Source of the DNA: Opitutales bacterium
GTDB lineage: Bacteria > Verrucomicrobiota > Verrucomicrobiia > Opitutales > PNEW01
Assembly (NCBI GenBank): GCA_965197745.1
Contig: CBDANS010000007.1
Span: 1,504,001-1,568,000, forward strand
Length of the DNA: 64,000 nucleotides
Reading direction: 5' to 3'
Position numbers and translations under genes: made by a program. Under the pieces are notes generated by a model, which was not told the DNA's origin, ran no database searches, and saw only the letters and a program-made list of their open reading frames with translations. Below are positions 31,259-40,188 of the stretch, one piece after another. How positions within the stretch are numbered: position 1 is the stretch's first letter; each line of letters begins with the position of its first letter.

Positions 31259-32140
31259 TTACTCATCAAGGAAAAAAGGTTGAGTCCAGGCGTTTCTCTC
31301 ACCTTCTCCCCAACACTCAAAACGCACATAACGGTACAGTTCGGATACATCCACTTTAATCGAACCGCTATCACTCCAGGCAATGCGTTGCCCATTCAGG
31401 GTTATTCCTACGATTCTGCTCGCATTTTCACATTCTATGACGATTTCGGGTCCTTCCACATGAATGGTTTTAATGACAACTCCGGTAGAACAATAAAAGC
31501 GTCCATTTCTTAAAGACTCTACAATATCTTCAAGGTTGGACGAATCAGCATAGACGACATTCCATCCAACTCCGACATCAACATTATCCGGCATGAAATG
31601 AGCATCATCATGGGCATAGCCCCATAGACGCCGTCCTTCAGAGAGAAGCATATCCCATTTGTTTGTTGAGTAAGGGCTGCCCGTGCACCTCCCCACCGTC
31701 GCATTGAAAATTTCCAAGCCCACGTAATCTGTCCATTGCTGCAATAGTTCGATTGGACAAAAATTAAAATTGTAATCCAGGTTTGGATGGGCAACGACGA
31801 CGAAACCCTGGGTCGCTTTTGCTTCATCGAAGACCAGCTGTCGGTTGACGTGGGGTTTGATTAGACGGTCACCATTAACGTGCACCAAATGCGGTCCATC
31901 CTTTGAGATTTCATTTCCTGGTATGAGCACGAGACCCTTACTGTCGATCTGTTCATAGACGCTTTGGCCGGTGAATATGTCATGGTCGGATATTGAGAGA
32001 AACTGGTAACCGAGGTCTGCGTAAGTATTTATTACCTCCTGCATCTCGTGGGTGCCGTCACTGTTGGTTGTGTGCGTGTGCAAATTTCCTCGAAGCCAGG
32101 AGCCACCGGTTAAGTTTTCGTAGGGATGAGTTATATGCAT
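31259..32140 (-). CDS. PHP-domain (CehA/McbA-like) metallohydrolase
   Basis: GNLHTHTTNSDG, FLSISDHD, GNE, VAHP, DDAH, GRFYCSTG, AWTQP. Confidence 0.88.
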   Translation of the reverse strand: MHITHPYENLTGGSWLRGNLHTHTTNSDGTHEMQEVINTYADLGYQFLSISDHDIFTGQSVYEQIDSKGLVLIPGNEISKDGPHLVHVNGDRLIKPHVNRQLVFDEAKATQGFVVVAHPNLDYNFNFCPIELLQQWTDYVGLEIFNATVGRCTGSPYSTNKWDMLLSEGRRLWGYAHDDAHFMPDNVDVGVGWNVVYADSSNLEDIVESLRNGRFYCSTGVVIKTIHVEGPEIVIECENASRIVGITLNGQRIAWSDSGSIKVDVSELYRYVRFECWGEGERNAWTQPFFLDE

Positions 32141-32323
32141 AATAAGTTTTCCTCGATTAAATTTTAAAGATCATAGATTTTATTTCACTTTACGTTAGCG
32201 GCTGGTATATTGATTCACTCTATCCGTAATGCCAAGAGTAATACCATGATTATTCAAGAGAAAACCAATGTGTGGAACAATCGACATTCGCATACAGTAC
32301 CGAAAGCGAAGCTCACCTGCCTG

Positions 32324-32403
32324 CCGTCCATAGTTCTCCCGCACATGCGGGATGGAACGAAGGATGGCCGTCCATAGTCTCACGACTGCGGGACGACGGA
32401 TGG
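32324..32403. repeat. Tandem doublet of a small palindromic repeat (CCGTCCATAG...CGAMGGATGG)
   Basis: ccgtccatagttctcccgcacatgcgggatggaacgaaggatgg followed by ccgtccatagtctcacgactgcgggacgacggatgg; resembles the insert at ~37638. Confidence 0.6.
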
Positions 32404-32493
32404 ACATTCTCCAAATCGTAAATTGAATCGATCCCCATTGACTTAACCTTGGATCAGGAAGATATATGAACGGAGGCAGCAAGCTTAGTTATC

Positions 32494-33306
32494 ATGATAT
32501 TGACTGAAGCGCAGATGGATTTTTACCGAGTTTTTGGGTTCCTGATTTTTCGGCAGCTCCTGGTACCGGAAGAAATGGTTTGCTACAACCGGGAATTTGA
32601 TTCGGGCATGGAGGCGTGGCGCAAGCGTTTTAAGGGTGAGCAAATTAACCATTTTTGTGTGCCGCTAATGGACGGTGATACCCCTTTCATTTGTTCACTT
32701 CTGGATGACCACCGTTTTGCCGATGTCGCCGAACAATTATTAGGCACGGATGTTATTGGTATATGGTCCGATGCGGCCTGGATGTCTGGGGACACACAAT
32801 GGCATACGGACCAGGTTACCTCGAAATACCGGGCCGTAAAATTCGCTATTTATCCAGACCCTCTCAATGAAAATAACGGGGCATTGCGTATATTTCCCGG
32901 ATCCCATCACAATGTATTCTCAAACCGAATAAACGATAAGACCCTCGGGATGGATACGCGTGTAAAATACGGCGTATCCCCCGAAGAGATGCCGGCTTAT
33001 GTTTTTGCTTTAGGACCCGGAGATGTTGTCGCTTTTGGCAACCCCCTTTGGCATTCGTCTTACGGCGGGAGTGATCAACGAAGGATGGGGGTGGTTATGT
33101 TTACCGAAGATCCACAAACTCCCTATGCCCTGGATAATATTCAGCGCATTATGTATAATATGCATAAGCGTGTGGCTGTAAATTTCAAGGGTCGGTTCTA
33201 CCCCCACTATTGGCGTTCAATTGACAACCCGCGTCATCAATACTGGGTGCGTCGCCTCAAAGAACTGGATATGCTCGAGACGGCAGAAGCTTCCACTTAT
33301 GAGTGA
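32494..33306 (+). CDS. PhyH-family Fe(II)/2OG dioxygenase
   Basis: FYRVFGFL, GDTQWHTD (HxD), GALRIFPGSHH, PGDVVAF..PLWHSSYGG..RR. Confidence 0.88.
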   Translation: MILTEAQMDFYRVFGFLIFRQLLVPEEMVCYNREFDSGMEAWRKRFKGEQINHFCVPLMDGDTPFICSLLDDHRFADVAEQLLGTDVIGIWSDAAWMSGDTQWHTDQVTSKYRAVKFAIYPDPLNENNGALRIFPGSHHNVFSNRINDKTLGMDTRVKYGVSPEEMPAYVFALGPGDVVAFGNPLWHSSYGGSDQRRMGVVMFTEDPQTPYALDNIQRIMYNMHKRVAVNFKGRFYPHYWRSIDNPRHQYWVRRLKELDMLETAEASTYE

Positions 33307-33359
33307 AATTAAATCCTTTATAGCTTAGAAACAAAGTATACATCAATGTAGGGATTGTC

Positions 33360-34139
33360 ATGCGTTTGAAAGATAAAGTAGCTATCGTGACCGGAGCCGC
33401 GAGCGGGATTGGTCGGGCCACCACACATAAATTTATTGAGGAAGGGGCGGTAGTCGTAGCCGTTGATATTAATGAAGACGGGTTAAAAGAAACGGTAAAG
33501 ACCTTGTCCGATAAAGGGAATGGGACACTGCAAACTTTAATCACCGACGTGAGCTGTTCAAAAGAAGTCAAATCCCTCATGGATTCTGTAGTTACACAGT
33601 ATGGACGCCTTGAAGTTATTTTCAGCAACGCGGCTGTCATGAAAGACGGTTCGGTGATCGATTTACCGGAAGAGAATTGGGATGCCATGTTTGCCGTGAA
33701 TGTAAAGGGTGCATTCCTTTTAGGTAAACATGGAATTCCGGTAATGATTAATTCAGGGGGAGGGTCCTTTATTATTACCGCATCGGTGAACAGTTTTTAC
33801 GCGGAATCAGATATCGCCGGTTATTGCGCCACTAAAGGCGCGTCGATGCAAATGACACGGGCGATGGCCATCGATCACGGTCCAGATAAAGTAAGGGTAA
33901 ACTGTATTTGTCCCGGTTGGATCGAAACGCCGATGTCGATGCCTTATTTATCTGAAAATCCCGAGGGGCGTGCGTTTGCCGGGAAAATTGCGCCTGCGGG
34001 GCGAATTGGACAGCCGGAAGACGTGGCGGCAGTCGCTTTGTTTCTGGCAAGTGACGAAGCAGCATTTGTCACTGGCGCCGCTTATAATGTTGATGGTGGA
34101 TGGACGGCAGGTATGACGAAAGCTATAGCATTAGTTTGA
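33360..34139 (+). CDS. SDR family NAD(P)-dependent oxidoreductase
   Basis: TGAASGIG, SNAA, YCATKG, RVNCICPG, VDGG. Confidence 0.95.
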   Translation: MRLKDKVAIVTGAASGIGRATTHKFIEEGAVVVAVDINEDGLKETVKTLSDKGNGTLQTLITDVSCSKEVKSLMDSVVTQYGRLEVIFSNAAVMKDGSVIDLPEENWDAMFAVNVKGAFLLGKHGIPVMINSGGGSFIITASVNSFYAESDIAGYCATKGASMQMTRAMAIDHGPDKVRVNCICPGWIETPMSMPYLSENPEGRAFAGKIAPAGRIGQPEDVAAVALFLASDEAAFVTGAAYNVDGGWTAGMTKAIALV

Positions 34140-34218
34140 TTATAGTTTTAATGTTTATAAATTACTTCTGCCTACTGCACTTAAGTAATCCGAAAAGCTA
34201 TATTTATATAAACAGGGA

Positions 34219-34950
34219 ATGAGACGGTTCTGGTTAATAGTGGGATGTGTTGTGATTGTTGCACTTATCGCAATTTTCAGCGTTCGAGAAAATATTCTAT
34301 CTGAAGAGGGCGTTGATTCTTACCTGGAAGCCCGCTATCGTATGGTTGACGCGCAAATGGAAAAACGTGGAATTAAAAACCCCGAGGTTTTAGCTGTAAT
34401 GCGGAAAGTTCCACGCCATGAATTCGTCCCTGGATTTTATCGCAGGCAGTCTTACAATGATCACCCCCTGCCGATCGGCAAGGGTCAAACCATTTCACAA
34501 CCCTACATTGTAGCGCTTATGACAGAACTGTTGCAGCCAGAGGATACCGATCGCATCCTCGAAATCGGGACCGGTTCAGGGTATCAAGCAGCAGTCCTCG
34601 CTGAACTGGTGGAGGAAGTTTATACCATTGAAATCATTCCCGCTCTTGCCGAGAGTGCCAGAAAAACACTAACCAGACTGAATTATAAAAACATCCAGGT
34701 GAAAGCAGGTGATGGTTACCTTGGGTGGCCCGAAGCCGCGCCCTTCGATGGGATTATCGTCACCGCTGCTCCGCCTTACCTGCCCCAACCTTTGGTAAAA
34801 CAGTTAAAAGAGGGAGGGCGGTTGGTCATTCCTGTCGGCGACTTCTACCAGGAGTTAAAAGTATATACCAAAACGGATTCAGAGCTGCTTTCTGATAATA
34901 TTATTCCGGTTCGATTTGTCCCTATGACCGGCAGGGCACAGGAAAAATAA
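34219..34950 (+). CDS. pcm: Protein-L-isoaspartate O-methyltransferase with N-terminal signal/anchor
   Basis: VPRHEF, PLPIGKGQTISQPYIVA, LEIGTGSGYQAA, GDGYLGWPEAAPFD, VRFVPM. Confidence 0.93.
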   Translation: MRRFWLIVGCVVIVALIAIFSVRENILSEEGVDSYLEARYRMVDAQMEKRGIKNPEVLAVMRKVPRHEFVPGFYRRQSYNDHPLPIGKGQTISQPYIVALMTELLQPEDTDRILEIGTGSGYQAAVLAELVEEVYTIEIIPALAESARKTLTRLNYKNIQVKAGDGYLGWPEAAPFDGIIVTAAPPYLPQPLVKQLKEGGRLVIPVGDFYQELKVYTKTDSELLSDNIIPVRFVPMTGRAQEK

Positions 34951-35016
34951 AAGGTATGAATACCGTTATCAATTCTAACATTGCCATATTAAGACAGGTT
35001 ATAAGATAAAGCATAA

Positions 35017-36198
35017 GTGAATAAAAAATTATTGGATCAATTAAATGAATCAGTCCAGGTCGATCGTCTGGTCGATACCGCGGTAGCAATTGTCGGCATA
35101 CCCAGTCCCACATTAAGTGCCAGGCCCGCTGCCGATAAACTGGCAGAAATATTGAGCGAAGACGGCTTTGAAGTCGAGCGTCCGGAGGCTAATTGGCCTG
35201 AGTCACCAGCGGTGGTTACGCGTTATGATTCTGGACAGCCTGGAAAAACACTGCAGTTTAACGGACATTTGGATACCGTTCATTTGCCCTTTGTCGAACC
35301 CCGGGTGGAAGACGGCAAGCTGTACGGAAGTGGCGCGTCTGATATGAAAGGCGGTGTCGCCGCGATGTGTGAGGCACTCCGTATCCTTCGCGATACGGGA
35401 TTGTTGAATTCAGGTAAAATACTATTGACCGCCCATGATCACCATGAAGCCCCCTGGGGAGATGGCCGGCAAGTAAAAGCCCTGATTGATGAAGGCTATG
35501 TCGGGGACGGTGTTCTGATCCCCGAATATCTGTCTCATTGTTTGCCCGTCCTGGGTAGAGGCATGGGGATTTTCGAAGTCAGTATCACGCGGGAAGGAAT
35601 ACCGGTACACGAGGTGCAGGGAGGTTTGGAGCAGCCATCAGTGATTGCCGCCGGTGCAGAACTCATTCGCAGGTTTAGCGAGTTGGATATATCATTAACG
35701 AAACTGACTCACCCCTTAGGGACACGTGAAAGTATATTTATCGGGCAGGTAAGTTCAGGTGAAATTTATAATCAATCACCAACGGAGTTTAAACTCCAGG
35801 GCACCCGTCGGTGGCTGCCCGGAACTTCAAAAGATAAGGTTGAAAAGCAATTGCAGGATATACTTATGGAAGTGGGGCAGCTTGAGGGAATAAAAGGGGT
35901 GGGTGAATTTAATTTCCTCTTAGATCCCTATGAACTCAACCAGGATCACCCATTGTTGCCAGCTTTTCAGTCAGCTTACCAGGCAATCAAAGGTCAATCC
36001 CTTTCGCTTGGACCTAAACCCTTTTTGGATGATGGGAATAACTTTATCGCCAAAGCAGGCATTCCAGCGATCACTCATGGACCCGCTGCCATTGGGGCGC
36101 ACACCATAAATGAAGAAGTTTCGATTGACGAGCTGAAGCGGGTGGCGCTTACTTACGCATTAACCGCAATCAAATTCTGTAGTAACGACGATGAGTGA
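35017..36198 (+). CDS. M20 (ArgE/DapE-like) amidohydrolase
   Basis: FNGHLDTV, LYGSGASDMKGG, AHTINE. The usual DEE motif reads DHHE here. Confidence 0.88.
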   Translation: MNKKLLDQLNESVQVDRLVDTAVAIVGIPSPTLSARPAADKLAEILSEDGFEVERPEANWPESPAVVTRYDSGQPGKTLQFNGHLDTVHLPFVEPRVEDGKLYGSGASDMKGGVAAMCEALRILRDTGLLNSGKILLTAHDHHEAPWGDGRQVKALIDEGYVGDGVLIPEYLSHCLPVLGRGMGIFEVSITREGIPVHEVQGGLEQPSVIAAGAELIRRFSELDISLTKLTHPLGTRESIFIGQVSSGEIYNQSPTEFKLQGTRRWLPGTSKDKVEKQLQDILMEVGQLEGIKGVGEFNFLLDPYELNQDHPLLPAFQSAYQAIKGQSLSLGPKPFLDDGNNFIAKAGIPAITHGPAAIGAHTINEEVSIDELKRVALTYALTAIKFCSNDDE

Positions 36199-37558
36199 TA
36201 TCATTTCTGAAAAACAAACCCTCGAAGAACGGTATCTGCGGCAGATTTTTATCCGCGATCAGATGACCGAGTTTGTTAAGGAACCATTTGTAATGAGTGG
36301 TTCTGATGGCGTTTATTATACGGATATTGATGGGAAACGCTACCTTGATGGTATTGCAGGAATCTTTGTCGCTTCAGTGGGCCATAATAACCGACGGGTG
36401 ATTGATGCGATAAAAGACCAGTTGGACAAAATGTCTTTTGCCCCGATCATGCACGGAACGAATGCATTAGCGGTTCAATTAGCCAATATGCTGGCAGAAA
36501 TTGCCCCCGGTGATTTAAGTGCGGTAAAATTTTGCAGTGGCGGAGCCGAAGCAAACGAAACCGCTTTTAAAATGGCGCGCCAGTATCATAAACTCAGTGG
36601 AAATCCTAACAAGTATAAGATTATCTCGCGCTACCATTCCTGGCATGGGGGCACAATGGGGTCCTTATCGGCGTCCGGATTAACCTCACGTCGTGTTGAC
36701 TCCGAGCCACTGGCAGCAGGTTTTGTTCATGTCTTTCCTCCTTACTGCTATCGCTGTCCCTTTGGTAAAGAATACCCCAGTTGTAATATTACCTGCGCCG
36801 GACTGATCGAGGACACAATCATTATGGAAGATCCGGATACCGTCGCTGCCGTAATTGTTGAACCGATTGGGCATACCGGTGGCATCATGGATCCTCCACC
36901 AGAGTATCTGCCCCTATTACGCGAATTTTGCGACAGGCATAACGTGCTTCTGATTTTTGATGAAATAATTACCGGGATAGGGCGCACCGGAGAAATGTTC
37001 GCCGCTGATACATTTGGTGTTGTCCCTGATTTGATTTGTTTGGGGAAGGGATTGTCGGGGGGATACATGCCTCTATCCGCGGTTCTTTGTCGAAGACCCA
37101 TCGCTGATAAATTCTGGGGCGATAAGGAAACAAATCCCGGCTTTGTCTCGGGACATACTTATGAAGGTAATCCCATTGCCTGTGCTGCAGGATTGGCGAC
37201 GTTAACGGAAATTATTGAAAAGGATTTATGCGCAAACGCACGTAAGGTGGGCAGCCATTTACGCCAAGGTCTGGAGGGACTTCGCAAGCATGGAATCATC
37301 GGGGACATTCGAGGGAAAGGAATGTTTTTTGGTGTAGAATTTGTCCGTGATCCTGTGACTAAAGAAAAATTCTCAGATGATATTCCGATTTCCACCCTTA
37401 TTGGGAAACGGGCTTTAGCAAAAGGTCTCCTGTTGCGGTATGACCCGCATTGGATGTCATTGGGACCACCCTTAATCCTGACGGAAGAGCAAGCTGATGA
37501 ACTTGTTTCCATTTTAGACGAAAGCATCACCGAAGTGTTGCAGGAAATAAATAATTAG
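36191..37558 (+). CDS. Class III PLP-dependent aminotransferase
   Basis: SGGAEANE, SWHGGT, LIFDEIITGIGRTG, LGKGLSGG, GHTYEGNP; overlaps the M20 gene by 8 bp. Confidence 0.93.
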   Translation: MSDIISEKQTLEERYLRQIFIRDQMTEFVKEPFVMSGSDGVYYTDIDGKRYLDGIAGIFVASVGHNNRRVIDAIKDQLDKMSFAPIMHGTNALAVQLANMLAEIAPGDLSAVKFCSGGAEANETAFKMARQYHKLSGNPNKYKIISRYHSWHGGTMGSLSASGLTSRRVDSEPLAAGFVHVFPPYCYRCPFGKEYPSCNITCAGLIEDTIIMEDPDTVAAVIVEPIGHTGGIMDPPPEYLPLLREFCDRHNVLLIFDEIITGIGRTGEMFAADTFGVVPDLICLGKGLSGGYMPLSAVLCRRPIADKFWGDKETNPGFVSGHTYEGNPIACAAGLATLTEIIEKDLCANARKVGSHLRQGLEGLRKHGIIGDIRGKGMFFGVEFVRDPVTKEKFSDDIPISTLIGKRALAKGLLLRYDPHWMSLGPPLILTEEQADELVSILDESITEVLQEINN

Positions 37559-37587
37559 AGCGGCAGTCCGACATTTATAAATATCCG

Positions 37588-37782
37588 GAGGGCGACGGCT
37601 GATCGTGGCCTTAACAACAAAGAGGTGGAGCGGGCTGCCTGACGGCCATAGCGTAACACTGCACAGCGACGGCTGTTCCCCAGCACGCTATGTTTAAATA
37701 ATGAATAACGGTTAACGCGCTACAGCACCGCGTTCCACATGATATTGATAAATATTTGGAGGGCCACGCTCCGTCGTGGCCG
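37588..37782. repeat. Mosaic (BIME-like) REP cluster, left of GIY-YIG cassette 1
   Basis: ggagggcgacggctgatcgtggcc; a GTGG-REP with nested insert; acgcgctacagcaccgcgttccac; ggagggccacgctccgtcgtggccg. Segment 37624-37782 is a direct repeat of 38374-38494. Confidence 0.8.
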
Positions 37783-37876
37783 TAGCGTATTAGTGGAAAC
37801 GGGGCAATTTGCCGCTATGCGTAAGTTCAAATAAATAACAACAAGATGCACAATAGATACAAGCTCATGCCCCTTT

Positions 37877-38338
37877 TGTCATTGCGAGGAGTAATACGAC
37901 GCGGCTACCGAGTTCAGCATCTGCGGGACGACATCTTCCATTCCAGAAATATGGGATTAACCAATATCCCATATAAACCGATTATAAATATGTGCGCACA
38001 ATATATTACGTTTATATCCTCACCAATAAACGTAATGGAACACTTTACACAGGAGTCACTCGCAGTTTATTACGTCGCTTATGGGAGCATAAAAATAAAT
38101 TAAAGGTGGGGTTCACCAAGAATTACGATATTCATAGACTGGTATATCACGAATCCTTTTACGATATTGAAAATGCGATTCTACGTGAAAAGCAAATCAA
38201 AGCCGGTTCGAGAAAAAGGAAAATTGCCTTAATTGAAAAAGAGAACCCTTTTTGGAAAGATCTGAGCCGAGATTGGTATTCGTAAGAACAATGACTATTC
38301 GCCTGGATTGCTTCGTTGCATCACTCCTCGCAATGACA
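37877..38338 (+). mobile_element. 462-bp GIY-YIG nuclease cassette with perfect 15-bp TIRs, copy 1
   Basis: TGTCATTGCGAGGAG ... CTCCTCGCAATGACA. Manual alignment gives 8 mismatches to the reverse complement of 41543-42004. Confidence 0.9.
37992..38285 (+). CDS. Small stand-alone GIY-YIG nuclease (UPF0213/YhbQ-like), 97 aa
   Basis: YYVYILTNKRNGTLYTGVT..L.RR..EHK...GFT..Y...LVYHE......AI.REKQIK...R..K..LIE..NP.W.DL. Confidence 0.92.
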   Translation: MRTIYYVYILTNKRNGTLYTGVTRSLLRRLWEHKNKLKVGFTKNYDIHRLVYHESFYDIENAILREKQIKAGSRKRKIALIEKENPFWKDLSRDWYS

Positions 38339-38373
38339 AGAGTAGAGCAAAAGCGAACACTATAATTTCTCTA

Positions 38374-38552
38374 GGTGGAGCGGGCTGCCCCTAGCACGCT
38401 ATATTTAAATAATGAAGAACCTCAAACGCGGTAGAGACACCGCGTTCCACCCGACATTGATGAAAATTTGGAGGGCCACGCGTCGTCGTGGCCGCGATTC
38501 AAGGTACAGCTTATAATGGAAAATACGCGGACGCGACAACGCGCGTCCCTCC
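38374..38552. repeat. Mosaic REP cluster (GTGG doublet + GGAG doublet), right of cassette 1
   Basis: ggtggagcgggctgcccctagcacgc...acgcggtagagacaccgcgttccacc; ggagggccacgcgtcgtcgtggccg...cggacgcgacaacgcgcgtccctcc. An inverted homolog lies at 45562-45686. Confidence 0.8.
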
Positions 38553-38610
38553 ATTATTCTCATGTTCCTATTATCCTGTGTTATCTAGAACAGCCAACCT
38601 GCAAACAGCA

Positions 38611-39444
38611 TTATCGAACAGCGTGTTTGAACAGGGGTTTGGCTTTTTCCGGAAGCTTATCATAAACTTCCAGTGGCATCGGAGGGTATTGGATAACCCT
38701 CTGCTTGGGGTCATCATTAACAATTTTCATTTCTGTCGATCCTGGTATATATATATTCTGGTTCATCCACCAGGGCGCGTAACGGGCAACCATGGAGATA
38801 CGGGGCTCATCCGTTTTATTTGCCCCGCTCGCATGCCACATGCGACTGTCAAAAGCGAGGACGCTACCCTCAGATCCGGTCACCTGTATTTCATCGGGAA
38901 AAGGATCTAAAGTTGGTTCTTCACCATAGGAAGGATTTGTGTCTCGCTTATGGCTGCGCGGCACGAGGTGGGTTCCACCGTTATCCTCCCTAAAGGGGGA
39001 CATCATCCAGATTGTGGTTATGGTCATTAAAATTGTATCAGGGTAGGGGCTTTCAATATGCCCCGCATAGTTTCCTGCGAAAGGTTGATCCCCATGCCAC
39101 TCCCTACGATCACTGCCTGGTATATTATTCGTGGTTGAAGTGGCACAAACGCGAAAATGAGGGCCGAATAAATTTTCTATCAAGGAGGTCATTCTGGAAT
39201 CAGCGAGATATTCGGCAAAGGACGGAATATAATTTATGGAAGATGCGCAATATAAGGTATATCCGTTAGTAACTCGGGTGAACGGTTTGTTTTCGGGTTC
39301 ACCCTGTCCGATCGTGATCAGTTCGTCTCTAATAGGAGCTATGCGATCTTCTGGTACTACATCCTCGATTATACACCAACCCTCTTCACGTATCTCTGAT
39401 GCCAATGACTCCGTTGATTTTACCTCTTGAATATTAGAACTCAT
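38611..39444 (-). CDS. PhyH-family Fe(II)/2OG dioxygenase
   Basis: EEGWCIIEDV, WHGD (HxD), NGGTHLVPRSH, GSVLAFDSRMWHASGAN....PR. Confidence 0.9.
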   Translation of the reverse strand: MSSNIQEVKSTESLASEIREEGWCIIEDVVPEDRIAPIRDELITIGQGEPENKPFTRVTNGYTLYCASSINYIPSFAEYLADSRMTSLIENLFGPHFRVCATSTTNNIPGSDRREWHGDQPFAGNYAGHIESPYPDTILMTITTIWMMSPFREDNGGTHLVPRSHKRDTNPSYGEEPTLDPFPDEIQVTGSEGSVLAFDSRMWHASGANKTDEPRISMVARYAPWWMNQNIYIPGSTEMKIVNDDPKQRVIQYPPMPLEVYDKLPEKAKPLFKHAVR

Positions 39445-39563
39445 TGCTGGTTATTAAATTAATAATGAAAAATATTAGATCAAGAAATATTCAGAAAAAA
39501 TATATTTCTTTAAGGAGTAAAATATGAGATCGACTATTTATAATTTAAATACATAATGAATAA

Positions 39564-39594
39564 TGAGGGTTATTACCCTCAATTCGAATATAAT
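39564..39594 (+). promoter_or_regulatory. Palindromic operator TGAGGGT-N4-ACCCTCA plus TATAAT upstream of a prepilin gene
   Basis: Perfect 7-bp inverted repeat at 39564-39581; TATAAT at 39589-39594; ATG at 39606. Confidence 0.5.
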
Positions 39595-39605
39595 ACCATC
39601 TAGAT

Positions 39606-40079
39606 ATGCATACTAAGAAAATATCGGGGCTTTCGGGTTTTACTTTGGTTGAGGTCATGATCGTGGTTGTGATTATTGGTCTCCTTGCCTCGTTTGCGAT
39701 ACCCGCTTTTAATAGAACGAGGATCGAATCGAGGGGCACGGCGTTCACCAATGACTTGCGTATATTTGCCGACGCTGCAGATACTTATATGCTGGAAACC
39801 GGCGACTACCTGGAAGATTCCGGTAGTGGGCAATTGCCTACGGGGTGGGATAATTATGTTCAGGTGGATAAATGGACGGGTGGTACCCCCATCGGTGGAG
39901 TCTGGGACATGGAATTGGATTCATTTGGATTCAAAGCTGGATTGGGTGTTCATGGGCCTGATTTTACGGTCCAGCAAATGCAAAGTATCGATGATCGGTA
40001 CGATGATGGTGACCTCAATACTGGAAAATTTCGCCGCATTGCGGCCGACCGTTACTATTTTATCCTCGAGGATACCTGA
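39606..40079 (+). CDS. Prepilin-type N-terminal cleavage/methylation protein
   Basis: G|FTLVEVMIVVVIIGLLA; C-terminal IDDRYDDGDLNTGKF. Confidence 0.9.
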   Translation: MHTKKISGLSGFTLVEVMIVVVIIGLLASFAIPAFNRTRIESRGTAFTNDLRIFADAADTYMLETGDYLEDSGSGQLPTGWDNYVQVDKWTGGTPIGGVWDMELDSFGFKAGLGVHGPDFTVQQMQSIDDRYDDGDLNTGKFRRIAADRYYFILEDT

Positions 40080-40188
40080 TAACCGTTAGGAATCACTTCG
40101 TTTGTTTTGCCCATCAGGCAATAAATGCTTGTCCCACACCCAGGGGATCGCAGGATGGCCATGAATACAGTTAAACAAGTATAATCTA

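Noticed and set aside
32195..32482. 95-aa minus-strand ORF or riboswitch in the intergenic gap
   Set aside because: No protein motif; the structure is explained by a tandem palindromic repeat, and I recognise no riboswitch consensus.
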